The notes beneath the pieces were generated by a model, which saw only the letters and a list, made by a program, of their open reading frames with translations, searched no databases and was not told where the DNA came from. Below are positions 30,806 through 39,337 of a stretch of DNA of 64,000 nt, piece by piece (positions within the stretch are counted from its first letter, which is position 1; each line of letters begins with the position of its first letter). The translations under genes were made by a program, and so were the position numbers. Source of the stretch: Candidatus Poribacteria bacterium (lineage in GTDB: Bacteria > Poribacteria > WGA-4E > WGA-3G); contig CBDANF010000003.1 of the NCBI GenBank assembly GCA_965197475.1, forward strand, positions 1,632,001-1,696,000, in the 5' to 3' direction.

Positions 30806-30885
30806 AGCGTCAGATAATTCTTTGCGTTGTTTTCTATATTTATGAAAAATGATATTGAATTTTCTATAATAATATGAAATAATAT

Positions 30886-31838
30886 CAGGACTTACGCAAA
30901 ATGAGCAGAGAAGGGACATATTTTATCAAAAAGTCGTTATTTCGGTGTTTTAACCCTAAATCCTACTTATCCGGGGGATTTTTGAACCTATTGCGTAAGT
31001 CATCATCATGTATAAACAATTATTTTTAATCAGGACTTACGCAAATTTGAAGTGGCAGCAAAATTGAGTCTGCATTTCTAAAGAACGCGCAATAAATTGT
31101 GCTACTACAAACACAGAAACGCTTGAAAACAAGCAGAATGCGTAAATCAATAATATATTTTAAAAATTATGTTTGACATTTTTTTGAAAGTTTTGTATAA
31201 TTGTAAACAAGTTCAAGAAATTAGTGTGATGGAACTCTTGACATGGCTTGTCTGCAAAAAAACTTTCGCTTATGTAAAAAATGTGTGCGGTTGTTTTTAG
31301 TGAAGGCAATGGCCACGCGGGTTAAATGTTTTCATTTGCACTCATTCTTTACATGAGAAAAAACTTTTTATCCATTTTAGGCAGATATAAAGGGATTGTT
31401 GTTTGATGGTATCGGGACAGATGCTCAAACATGGCAAAGGATAATGCAAAATACTAATACTAACCGCAATGTTGAAAAAGCGTCCTCAATTAGATTAGGT
31501 CAACACCACAGTTGGTCTATTCCTACTTCTTCCACGCCTTCAGCATCACTCATTTTGCGACCCCCCCCCCCCCACAGTTAACGATTGTAATAGTATTTCA
31601 GTTACAAATAGGCGAATATCGGTTCGGACCATCAGTCTTTTGTCGCGCCCGCACGCTCTCAATTGGACATTGTGAGTTTTGTTGCGGGCTATTTTGTTTG
31701 CAGAAGGTGGGTATTCCCACCCAATATTCATGAACACAACGCACGAGTGTTTTTAGTGTTATTTTAGGAACTCTAACCGTAAACTTAATCAGGACTCACA
31801 TAGATTTGGGTGCCTACTTTTAAAGTGCGTAAGTCCTA
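30886..31838. mobile_element. Non-autonomous composite MITE element with 12-bp target-site duplication
   Basis: Termini CAGGACTTACGCA / TGCGTAAGTCCTA; flanked by ATGAAATAATAT (30874-30885) and ATGAAGTAATAT (31839-31850); the paralogous leader has a single empty site (33424-33435); three internal MITE units at about 30886-31001, 31031-31148 and 31790-31838. Confidence 0.75.
31173..31201 (+). promoter_or_regulatory. Consensus sigma70 promoter inside the composite element
   Basis: Exact TTGACA-N17-TATAAT. Confidence 0.6.
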
Positions 31839-31974
31839 ATGAAGTAATATGTTATTATGGAACACAGATTAGTAAAGATTGGTATGGTAAAATGGGTGCA
31901 GTTTATTCAAACTCACCTACTTAACGCGAAACTCACGTAAAAGTGAGATTCATTTCTATAGGAGGTTTAACGGC

Positions 31975-32655
31975 ATGAAAAATATATTGGTATTAGCAGG
32001 ATTTGTGTTGATGATAGCTTGTTTTGTTATCAGCACGAGCGACATGGCACAGGCGGAGGAAGTCTTGGGAACAGGAACGGCGGCACTGCTCGGAGGAGAC
32101 CTAACCGACCCAGAAGACGATGGTGCTCCTGATTCAGATGACGGTTACAACGCCATTTTCTCAGCCAACGAAGAACCCGGATTCGGGGGTGGGGAATTTG
32201 CGTTTAACGTCTTCGATAACATCCTTGGCGGCGGCAATGCCAAATGGTGCTGAGGACGTGGAGGCGGCTTTCCGGAGGAAGGCCTACACGTGACAGCTGA
32301 GTTTGAGGAGCCGTACGCATTGACACACTTTACCGTATCTTCAGCGAACGATGTTCCTGCAAGGGACCCTACAGTATGGGAGGTTCAGGGGTCGAACGAC
32401 GGCGAAGAGTTTACGACCATCTTTTCTCACGACGGGGCTAGCTTTTGGGATCAGCGACTGCAAGTCGTCCTTTTTGAGGCAGGGGAAGATTACGACGATC
32501 AAAAAATCGGGTATCTGTTTTTTCGGCATGTTACTTTTGCCACCGGGGGGGGCTTTCAAATTGGCGAAATTGAGTACTTCGGCGATGATAGTTATGCCGT
32601 AGACCCTAAAGCCAAGCTTACAACCACATGGGGAAGCATCAAAAACGTCCGATAA
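31975..32655 (+). CDS. Secreted discoidin/F5-8 type C-like protein with in-frame TGA (candidate selenoprotein, Cys-Sec motif)
   Basis: RBS AGGAGG and signal peptide; TGA at 32251-32253 aligns to TGC (Cys) of the paralog at 33836-33838; the frame continues uninterrupted to 32655; SECIS-like hairpin immediately 3'. Confidence 0.7.
32256..32291 (+). promoter_or_regulatory. Putative bacterial SECIS element
   Basis: Stems ACGUG/CACGU, AGGC/GCCU and UUUCC/GGAAG with apical loop GGA starting 20 nt after the UGA. Confidence 0.55.
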
Positions 32656-32723
32656 GTGAAGTGCCATCGATTTTTTAGACCAGAATTTCGTAAAGTTAAG
32701 ATCAAGTGTTCTTTCTCAAATTC

Positions 32724-33218
32724 AATAGGTGTCAAATAGCCTAACGCTGAGCCCTGATCCCGCCGACTGGGGCTAAAGAGTATGTCTTACACCGTTTTCT
32801 GGACACATTCCGCACCGCTGGGGTTGCTACCATTACAAATTAGCACCGTTTTGCTAATACCACACACTAAATTGACGCTTATGGTGTGATTAGGAAACCG
32901 CACCATAGGTGTCAATTTAAGGAATTGAACCAGTTTTTGTGAATGTTTATAGCCCCAGAGGGCGAAAGGTGTATAGACACGCGACTCTACCAAACTCAAG
33001 CCCCAGCGGTGGCAGCATGCGCGTGTGGCATGCTGCATGAGGTGTCCATGTTGTGTGTGATACACCTGTCGCCCCTCCGGGGCTAAAGAGTATGTCTAAC
33101 ACCGTTTTCTGGACACATTCCGCACCGCTGGGGTTGCTACCATTACAAATTAGCACCGTTTTGCTAATACCACACACTAAATTGACGCTTATGGTGTGAT
33201 TAGGAAACCGCACCTACC
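32724..33218. repeat. Mosaic of nested MITE/REP elements with a 136-bp direct repeat
   Basis: Direct repeat at 32769-32904 and 33079-33214 (one mismatch); inverted termini CCATAGGTGTCAATTTA (32903) / TAAATTGACGCTTATGG (33194); hairpin motif at 33011-33048 recurs at 59043-59080. Confidence 0.75.
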
Positions 33219-33559
33219 GGTAAGGAGAAAATAAGAATTACCAAAAGAATAAGTTAATCTTCATATAAGGGGCAGGGGGTTGGAAATTTAGGGATTTCAA
33301 AACATAGTATACTGAAATTACTTACCGAGTCAACCACTAACTAACACAAGTCGTTATGATGATCTAATTCTTTGCGTTGTTTTCTATATTTTTTAAAAAT
33401 AATATTGAATTTTTTATGATAATATGAAATAATATGTTATTATGGAACACAGATTAGTAAAGATTGGTATGGTAAATGAGTGCAGTTTATTCAAACTCAC
33501 GTAACTTAACACGAAACTCACGTAAAAGTGAGATTCATTTCTTTAGGAGGTTTAACGGC

Positions 33560-34243
33560 ATGAAAAATATGTTGGTATTAGCAGGAATTGTGTTGATGAT
33601 AGCCTGTTTTGTTATCAGCACGAGCGACATGGCACAGGCGGAGGAAGTCTTGGGAACAGGAACAGCAGCACTGCTCGGAGGAGACCTAACCGACCCAGAA
33701 GACGATGGTGCTCCTGATTCAGATGAAGGTTACAACGCCATTTTCTCAGCCAACGAAGAACCCGGATTCGGGGGCGGGGAATTTGCGTTTAACGTCTTTG
33801 ATAACATCCTTGGCGGCGGCAATGCCAAATGGTGCTGCGGACGTGGGGGCGGCATTCCGGAGGAAGGTCTACACGTGACAGCTGAGTTTGAGGAGGTGTA
33901 CGGATTGACACACTTCACCGTATCTTCAGCGAACGATGCTGCTGGGAGGGACCCTACAGTGTGGGAGGTTCAGGGGTCGAACGACGGCGAAGAGTTTACG
34001 ACCATCTTTTCTCACGACGGGGCTAGCGTTTGGGATCAGCGACTGCAAGTCATCCGTTTTGATGCAGGGGAAGATTTCGACGTGCAAACCACCGGGTATC
34101 GGTTTTTTCGGCATGTTACTTTTGCCACCGCGGGGGGCTTTCAAATTGGCGAAATTGAGTACTTCGGCGATGATAGTTTTGTCGTAGTAGACCCTAAAGC
34201 CAAGCTCACAACCACATGGGGAAGCATCAAAAACGTCCGATAA
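33560..34243 (+). CDS. Secreted discoidin/F5-8 type C-like protein, Cys-Cys paralog
   Basis: AFNVFDN...KW and SANDAAGRDPTVWEVQGSNDG motifs of discoidin/galactose-binding-like domains; RBS AGGAGG before ATG 33560; C-terminal VDPKAKLTTTWGSIK. Confidence 0.85.
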   Translation: MKNMLVLAGIVLMIACFVISTSDMAQAEEVLGTGTAALLGGDLTDPEDDGAPDSDEGYNAIFSANEEPGFGGGEFAFNVFDNILGGGNAKWCCGRGGGIPEEGLHVTAEFEEVYGLTHFTVSSANDAAGRDPTVWEVQGSNDGEEFTTIFSHDGASVWDQRLQVIRFDAGEDFDVQTTGYRFFRHVTFATAGGFQIGEIEYFGDDSFVVVDPKAKLTTTWGSIKNVR

Positions 34244-34581
34244 GCGCAAATATCGGACATTTTCTAAATCGGCTTGAATCCAGTAATAACTGGGTTTGAG
34301 CCGTTTTTCATATCCGCTTGAAACCGTATGGACTATACTGGGGAGGACCTTTTCGATTATGAACCGCGAAAATCTTCATGCTCATATTGATTATGAGCTT
34401 ATAACAGCGGTTCATCTTGGCGCAAATGCCAGCAAGAAAGCGAAGTCAACAACGAATGCAACGATCGTGAGTCGTGCCGCTGTGGGTAACCTACTCTAAT
34501 ATAGCAAAATAAGCCAAACCTGTCCAAAATGTTTTTACGTTTTTTAGCATTTGATTGTCTCCGATAAGAAGATCATATCCA

Positions 34582-34794
34582 CTATTTTTTCTCTGTAGGA
34601 ATTATAGATGTAATCGTCCATGGAATCTTTTTATAGATATAGGTTGATAACCAGGAGAAGTAAACTATTGTTACAATAGTGGCCGCAATGGTAGTAGTGC
34701 TTCCCTCAAAAAGACGAAAGACCTCAATAAGAATACCAAAAATACTGAAAGCAACAAACCAATAAACATATTTCCATTTTCGGGATATAGACAT
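34582..34794 (-). CDS. Small two-TM membrane protein
   Basis: Two hydrophobic helices; GGAG RBS; paralogous to the N-terminal part of the upstream gene. Confidence 0.55.
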   Translation of the reverse strand: MSISRKWKYVYWFVAFSIFGILIEVFRLFEGSTTTIAATIVTIVYFSWLSTYIYKKIPWTITSIIPTEKK

Positions 34795-34835
34795 ATTACA
34801 TACTCCATTAAACGAATGAGGAACTGTAGTATTAT

Positions 34836-35381
34836 CTAATAAGTTCCTGTTATTTCTGTACTACATACGCGATATAGTATTCCACCTGGCTGCGAACGCC
34901 TAATTTGGTTATGTTTTACTTTGTCCATATGACATTGATAGACATTTTTACTGCAGCCTCTGGTTTCCTCGTCTCCTTTGCATGTATACATGAATCTATG
35001 TCCCCTGCTCGCCAAACTAGATAGATAACGCGATGTCTCGCCACATTGCAAACATTTCCACTTATTTCCCGCTATACGAACTATGTTCCATATACCCCAT
35101 TGCACTTTCCCTTCAATATAAGTCGCGATTCCCGAAACACTGAGTATTGTTACAACAATCGCTGCGGTAGTTGCGATGGGTTCATCAGCAAAAGTTAGGT
35201 AGGTTTTAATGATTTTAATGAGAAAAGCATAAAGTCCGAAAACGGCAAACCAGAAAACATATCGCCATCCAGGATGTATCATAATAGACATATAAGACCC
35301 CATTATGTCAGTAGGACAGTTCCGGAACTGTGTTGACATCCGAAACTGCCCAGACAAGTTACCTTGTTGTGGATTAATCAA
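34836..35381 (-). CDS. Two-TM membrane protein with Cys/His-rich C-terminal domain
   Basis: WRYVFWF...IATYIEGKVQW helices followed by CxxC...H...C...C...CH; true start probably near 35290. Confidence 0.55.
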   Translation of the reverse strand: MINPQQGNLSGQFRMSTQFRNCPTDIMGSYMSIMIHPGWRYVFWFAVFGLYAFLIKIIKTYLTFADEPIATTAAIVVTILSVSGIATYIEGKVQWGIWNIVRIAGNKWKCLQCGETSRYLSSLASRGHRFMYTCKGDEETRGCSKNVYQCHMDKVKHNQIRRSQPGGILYRVCSTEITGTY

Positions 35382-35630
35382 CTAATTACGCCCAACATCG
35401 CTACCAATACTGTCCGTAGTAATAGCCACCATCATTACAACCACGCTAAATGTCAAACTTTTTTCTAAAAATTCGCAAAATTTTATGGTATTTATACCAT
35501 TTTTAGAAATTATATACGGAATTCCCTGGTTTTGTCAAGTTTTTTTGAAGAAAAAAATTATTGTTTTCGGAATTATTTTGAATTTCAGCGCAAATTTATA
35601 TTTTTACGGTGGTTTGAAACAATTCATACA

Positions 35631-36272
35631 TCATGGCGATAACCTTTCGATTTCCCAATCGCCACTCTCTTTCAAAGTATAACGGATTCTATCGTGAAGA
35701 CGGCTTGGACATCCTTGCCAAAATTCAAGCATATTTGGAATAAGTCTGTAGCCTCCCCAGTGTGACGGGCGCGGAATGCCAATGTCTGAATACTTTTGTT
35801 CTGCTTTTTTGAAGTTTGTTGTCAGATGTTCTCGCCCAGAAATAACAACGCTTTGCCGTTCTGCCCATACAGCGAGTCGACTGTCAATTGGACGGTTGGC
35901 GAAATATGCATCCGATTCAGCGGCTGTCATCTTTTCAACCGTGCCGTTGCTTCTCACCTGACGATCAAGTTCTCGCCAATAGAATACAAGCGCGGCATGC
36001 GGGTTCTCTGCCAATTCCTTCCCTTTTTGGCTGTCATAGTCTGTATAGAAACAGAAGCCGTTTGCGTCAAAACCTCTAAGGACAACCATGCGGGCAGAGG
36101 GGATACCGTCTGGTGTTGCGGTCGCTAAAGTCATTGCGTCTGGCAGATCAATCCCTGCTTCTATTGTCTCGTTAAACCATTTTTTAAACTGTTCAAAAGG
36201 ATTTTTAGCAGCACTGATTTCGGTTAATTCGCCATGTGCTTGATATTCCCTGCGGAGTTTGTTAGCGTTCAT
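35631..36272 (-). CDS. pdxH: Pyridoxamine 5'-phosphate oxidase
   Basis: LRREY, PSARMVVLR and EFWQG..RLHDRIRY...ERLSP motifs. Confidence 0.96.
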   Translation of the reverse strand: MNANKLRREYQAHGELTEISAAKNPFEQFKKWFNETIEAGIDLPDAMTLATATPDGIPSARMVVLRGFDANGFCFYTDYDSQKGKELAENPHAALVFYWRELDRQVRSNGTVEKMTAAESDAYFANRPIDSRLAVWAERQSVVISGREHLTTNFKKAEQKYSDIGIPRPSHWGGYRLIPNMLEFWQGCPSRLHDRIRYTLKESGDWEIERLSP

Positions 36273-36273
36273 T

Positions 36274-37782
36274 TTATTTCTTCCAGAAATTTGGTGAAAA
36301 AAGAATAAGCACGGTATAGATTTCTAAACGTCCTAATAACATGCAGAAAGACAAAATAAATTTACCAGCAGTAGTGATATGTGCATAATTATCAATCGGC
36401 CCTACGTCACCGAGTCCGGGACCGATGTTACCCATCGATGCTATTGTGCAGCTGGCAGCAGTAATTAAATCTAATCCCAAGGTTGCCATGATACACGTCA
36501 CAATCGCAAATATGCCGATAAAAAAGAAGAAAAAACCAAGGACATGTGTAAGTACTTCAGGGGGTACAACTCTGTCATTAACGCGTACGGGAAGGACAGC
36601 GTGTGGAAAGATAAGTCGTTTAATTTCTGCCCCACTCTGCCTGATAAGAAGTAGGAAGCGAAGCTGCTTCATTCCGCCACCTGTTGATCCAGCGCACCCA
36701 CCATAAAACATGAGCGTTACTAAAACGAATTGGGATAAGTAGGGCCACATTTCAAAATTAGCAGTGCCATAGCCTGTTGTTGTAGTTATAGACACAACTT
36801 GAAATGCGGCATAACGAATGGAATCCCACACGGAATCATAGGGAATCAGTCCATCCTTGTTTTGAAATCGAACAATGTTCCAAGAAACGAGAAAAATGCT
36901 CAAAAGAATCACGATACAATAGAATCGGAATTCGGTGTCTTTGATGTAACTTTTGACATCACCTCGAAGGGCGCGATAGTGCAAGGCAAAATTAGTTCCT
37001 GCGAGGAACATAAAAACAATGATAACAACTTCAATATAAACACTATTGTAATCTGCGATGCTACCATTTTTGGTTGAAAATCCGCCAGTTGCCATTGTCC
37101 CAAAGGTATGACAGAGCGCGTCAAAAAGAGTCATGTCGCCAAGCCAAAGCAGCAATGTTTCAAGGACTGAGAGCAGGATGTAAACACCCCAGAGGAGTTT
37201 TGCTGTTTGTGCAATACGTGGTGTAAGTCTATCTGTTTGTGGACCTGGTGCCTCCGCACGAAACAGCTGCATTCCGCCAACACCGAGCATTGGGAGTATT
37301 GCTACAGCAAGCACAACAATCCCCATACCGCCAAGCCAGTGGCTGAAGCTGCGCCAAAACAGCATTGCATGCGAAAGATGTTCAATCTCTGTCAGTACTG
37401 TAGCACCGGTTGTTGAAAAACCGGACATAGATTCAAAATAGCAGAAGGAAAATTCTGCCCAAGAAGTGCGCCCTTCTGCAGAGAAAATCCCTGCGAAAAG
37501 ATAAGGAAACGACCCAAAGAGGGCGACAATCACCCAACCTAAAGCAACAACCGCGAAACCTTCACGTATGCCGAGTTCCGGTTCTGCCGGTTGAATAGTG
37601 AAGCGGAGAATTAAGCCGACACATAGGGTTATAACGGTAGCGTAAACGAACGCCAGCATATCGTCTTTCGGTTCGCCTGCGCTTACAAAATAATAGATAC
37701 CTATGCACAACGGCAATAACATTGTGCCAGCGAGACAAATTAATAGGTTGCCAAGTGTGTGAAAAATGAGTTTTCGACTCAT
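36274..37782 (-). CDS. trkH: Trk potassium uptake membrane protein
   Basis: FESMSGFSTTGAT, ATGGFS, TTTGY and GNIGPG selectivity-filter motifs; GRLEI. Confidence 0.95.
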   Translation of the reverse strand: MSRKLIFHTLGNLLICLAGTMLLPLCIGIYYFVSAGEPKDDMLAFVYATVITLCVGLILRFTIQPAEPELGIREGFAVVALGWVIVALFGSFPYLFAGIFSAEGRTSWAEFSFCYFESMSGFSTTGATVLTEIEHLSHAMLFWRSFSHWLGGMGIVVLAVAILPMLGVGGMQLFRAEAPGPQTDRLTPRIAQTAKLLWGVYILLSVLETLLLWLGDMTLFDALCHTFGTMATGGFSTKNGSIADYNSVYIEVVIIVFMFLAGTNFALHYRALRGDVKSYIKDTEFRFYCIVILLSIFLVSWNIVRFQNKDGLIPYDSVWDSIRYAAFQVVSITTTTGYGTANFEMWPYLSQFVLVTLMFYGGCAGSTGGGMKQLRFLLLIRQSGAEIKRLIFPHAVLPVRVNDRVVPPEVLTHVLGFFFFFIGIFAIVTCIMATLGLDLITAASCTIASMGNIGPGLGDVGPIDNYAHITTAGKFILSFCMLLGRLEIYTVLILFSPNFWKK

Positions 37783-37893
37783 AGTTTTCTATGGTGATCA
37801 GTTATAGTGAACTTGTAATTATTGAAAACTATTGACAGCGCGCTTACAAAGCGCGCCTACAGGTGGGTGTCTACTTATTTGAACTTTATTCAG

Positions 37894-39267
37894 TTAGACT
37901 CTCCGAGCTGCAAACATATCTTCCACAATTGGTATTGCATCTGGCATACTGAAGACAATAACGCGATCAGCAGGTTGAATGGCGGTTTCACCGTGTGGAA
38001 TAATAAGGTTTTCGCGACGGAGTATTGCCCCGATAAATGCGTTGTCAGGAAATTTGGTTTTCAACGAACCGAGTTCTTTGTGTGCAATTTTCGCGTTTAC
38101 ACCTGTGATGATCTCAATGACTTCTGCGTCAATTTCATGCAGTGAAGCAACTGAGACGATATTTCCTCGACGAATCAGACGCAATAGGTTGCTGACAACG
38201 GTCAAGTGTCTACTGACTGCGCCATCCAAACGGGGAATCCGAGCCAACAACGGAAGATATCGCGGTTGTTGAATTAAAGCGAGGGCACGTTGCGCTCCGT
38301 GTTCCTTAGCGGTCATGCATGCCATAATATCGTTTTCATCATCGCCAGTTACCGAAACAAATCCGTTAACGTCCTCTACGCCAGCTTCTTCTAACAATTG
38401 GAATTGAAGGTAATTTCCACGCAGAACGGTTGTCCGTTTTAAGGTCTGCGATGCGAGTTCTGCCATTTTCTCATCTGACTCAATGAGCTTTACATCAGTG
38501 CCATTTCCCTCAAGAACGCGTGCAAGCTCAATACCGATAGCACTTGCCCCAACAATTAAAACACGGTTAAGATGTCTGTTGAAAATTATGCCGAAAAGCC
38601 GGAACAGCTGCTCAATAGCCAATGCGCTTCCGATGACGAAGACATCATCACCCTGTTTGAGGATATCATCACCTCTCGGAATAATAACGTTTTGTTGACC
38701 GCGCCTTTTGATCGCTGCAAATCGGATATCGGAGATAACACCTTTCGTATCCAATTCAGCAAGAGATTTTCCTATGAAAGGATTCCGCTGTTTTATTCGG
38801 AAAGCAGCAAGCTGAATCCTGCCATCTTCAAATTCAACAATTTCTCGAGCTTCGGGGGTTTTCAAGAGACGGGTAAATTCCTCAACGCACAAATGCTCAG
38901 GATTAACAAGGAGGTCTATCCCGAAGTCTTTCGGTGTCAATCCACTTTCATCGGAGAAATAATCTGGATTTGAAACGCGTGCGATTTTAGTTTCAACCTC
39001 GTACCGATCTGCAATTTGACATGCGAGCATGTTGATCTCATCGCTGTTGGTGACAGCAATGATGATTTCGGCATCACTGATACCCGCATCTTTGAGCAGT
39101 ACCGGTGATGCACCTGACCCGCAGAGGGTTTGCAAATCTAACTGTTCGTTGACGCGTTGACACGCTTCTTCGGACTCATCAATTAAGACAACATCGTTAT
39201 CATCAACAGTTAGCAATTTGGCTGTATGAAATCCGACTTCACCTGCGCCTATGATGATTGCTTTCAT
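37894..39267 (-). CDS. trkA: Trk potassium uptake NAD-binding protein
   Basis: IIGAGEVG Rossmann motif, two RCK-N/RCK-C repeats, adjacent to trkH. Confidence 0.95.
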   Translation of the reverse strand: MKAIIIGAGEVGFHTAKLLTVDDNDVVLIDESEEACQRVNEQLDLQTLCGSGASPVLLKDAGISDAEIIIAVTNSDEINMLACQIADRYEVETKIARVSNPDYFSDESGLTPKDFGIDLLVNPEHLCVEEFTRLLKTPEAREIVEFEDGRIQLAAFRIKQRNPFIGKSLAELDTKGVISDIRFAAIKRRGQQNVIIPRGDDILKQGDDVFVIGSALAIEQLFRLFGIIFNRHLNRVLIVGASAIGIELARVLEGNGTDVKLIESDEKMAELASQTLKRTTVLRGNYLQFQLLEEAGVEDVNGFVSVTGDDENDIMACMTAKEHGAQRALALIQQPRYLPLLARIPRLDGAVSRHLTVVSNLLRLIRRGNIVSVASLHEIDAEVIEIITGVNAKIAHKELGSLKTKFPDNAFIGAILRRENLIIPHGETAIQPADRVIVFSMPDAIPIVEDMFAARRV

Positions 39268-39337
39268 TTGTTTATTAGTTTTTAGTTGTCGGTTATCAAT
39301 AAGAGTTCTTTTGTAACTAGATACGGATAACCTTTTG

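Noticed and set aside
31975-32655. Genome-wide TGA reassignment (genetic code 4 or 25) as the explanation of the in-frame TGA
   Set aside because: TGA is a normal stop elsewhere (gcvH, pdxH), Trp is encoded by TGG, and the aligned residue is Cys.
32290-32655. Separate 121-aa gene starting at GTG 32290
   Set aside because: It is the in-frame C-terminal half of the gene starting at 31975, as shown by the intact paralog.
32787-33213. ORFs 32787..33065 and 32947..33213 (also 58783..59176)
   Set aside because: They lie wholly within MITE/REP repeats, and their shared peptides simply reflect repeated DNA.
32724-33218. Possible CRISPR array
   Set aside because: Only two long direct repeats and palindromes, with no regular repeat-spacer periodicity and no cas genes.
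34296-34560. Short ORFs downstream of the Cys paralog
   Set aside because: Fragmentary and interrupted by stops on the minus strand; at most a decayed membrane-protein remnant.
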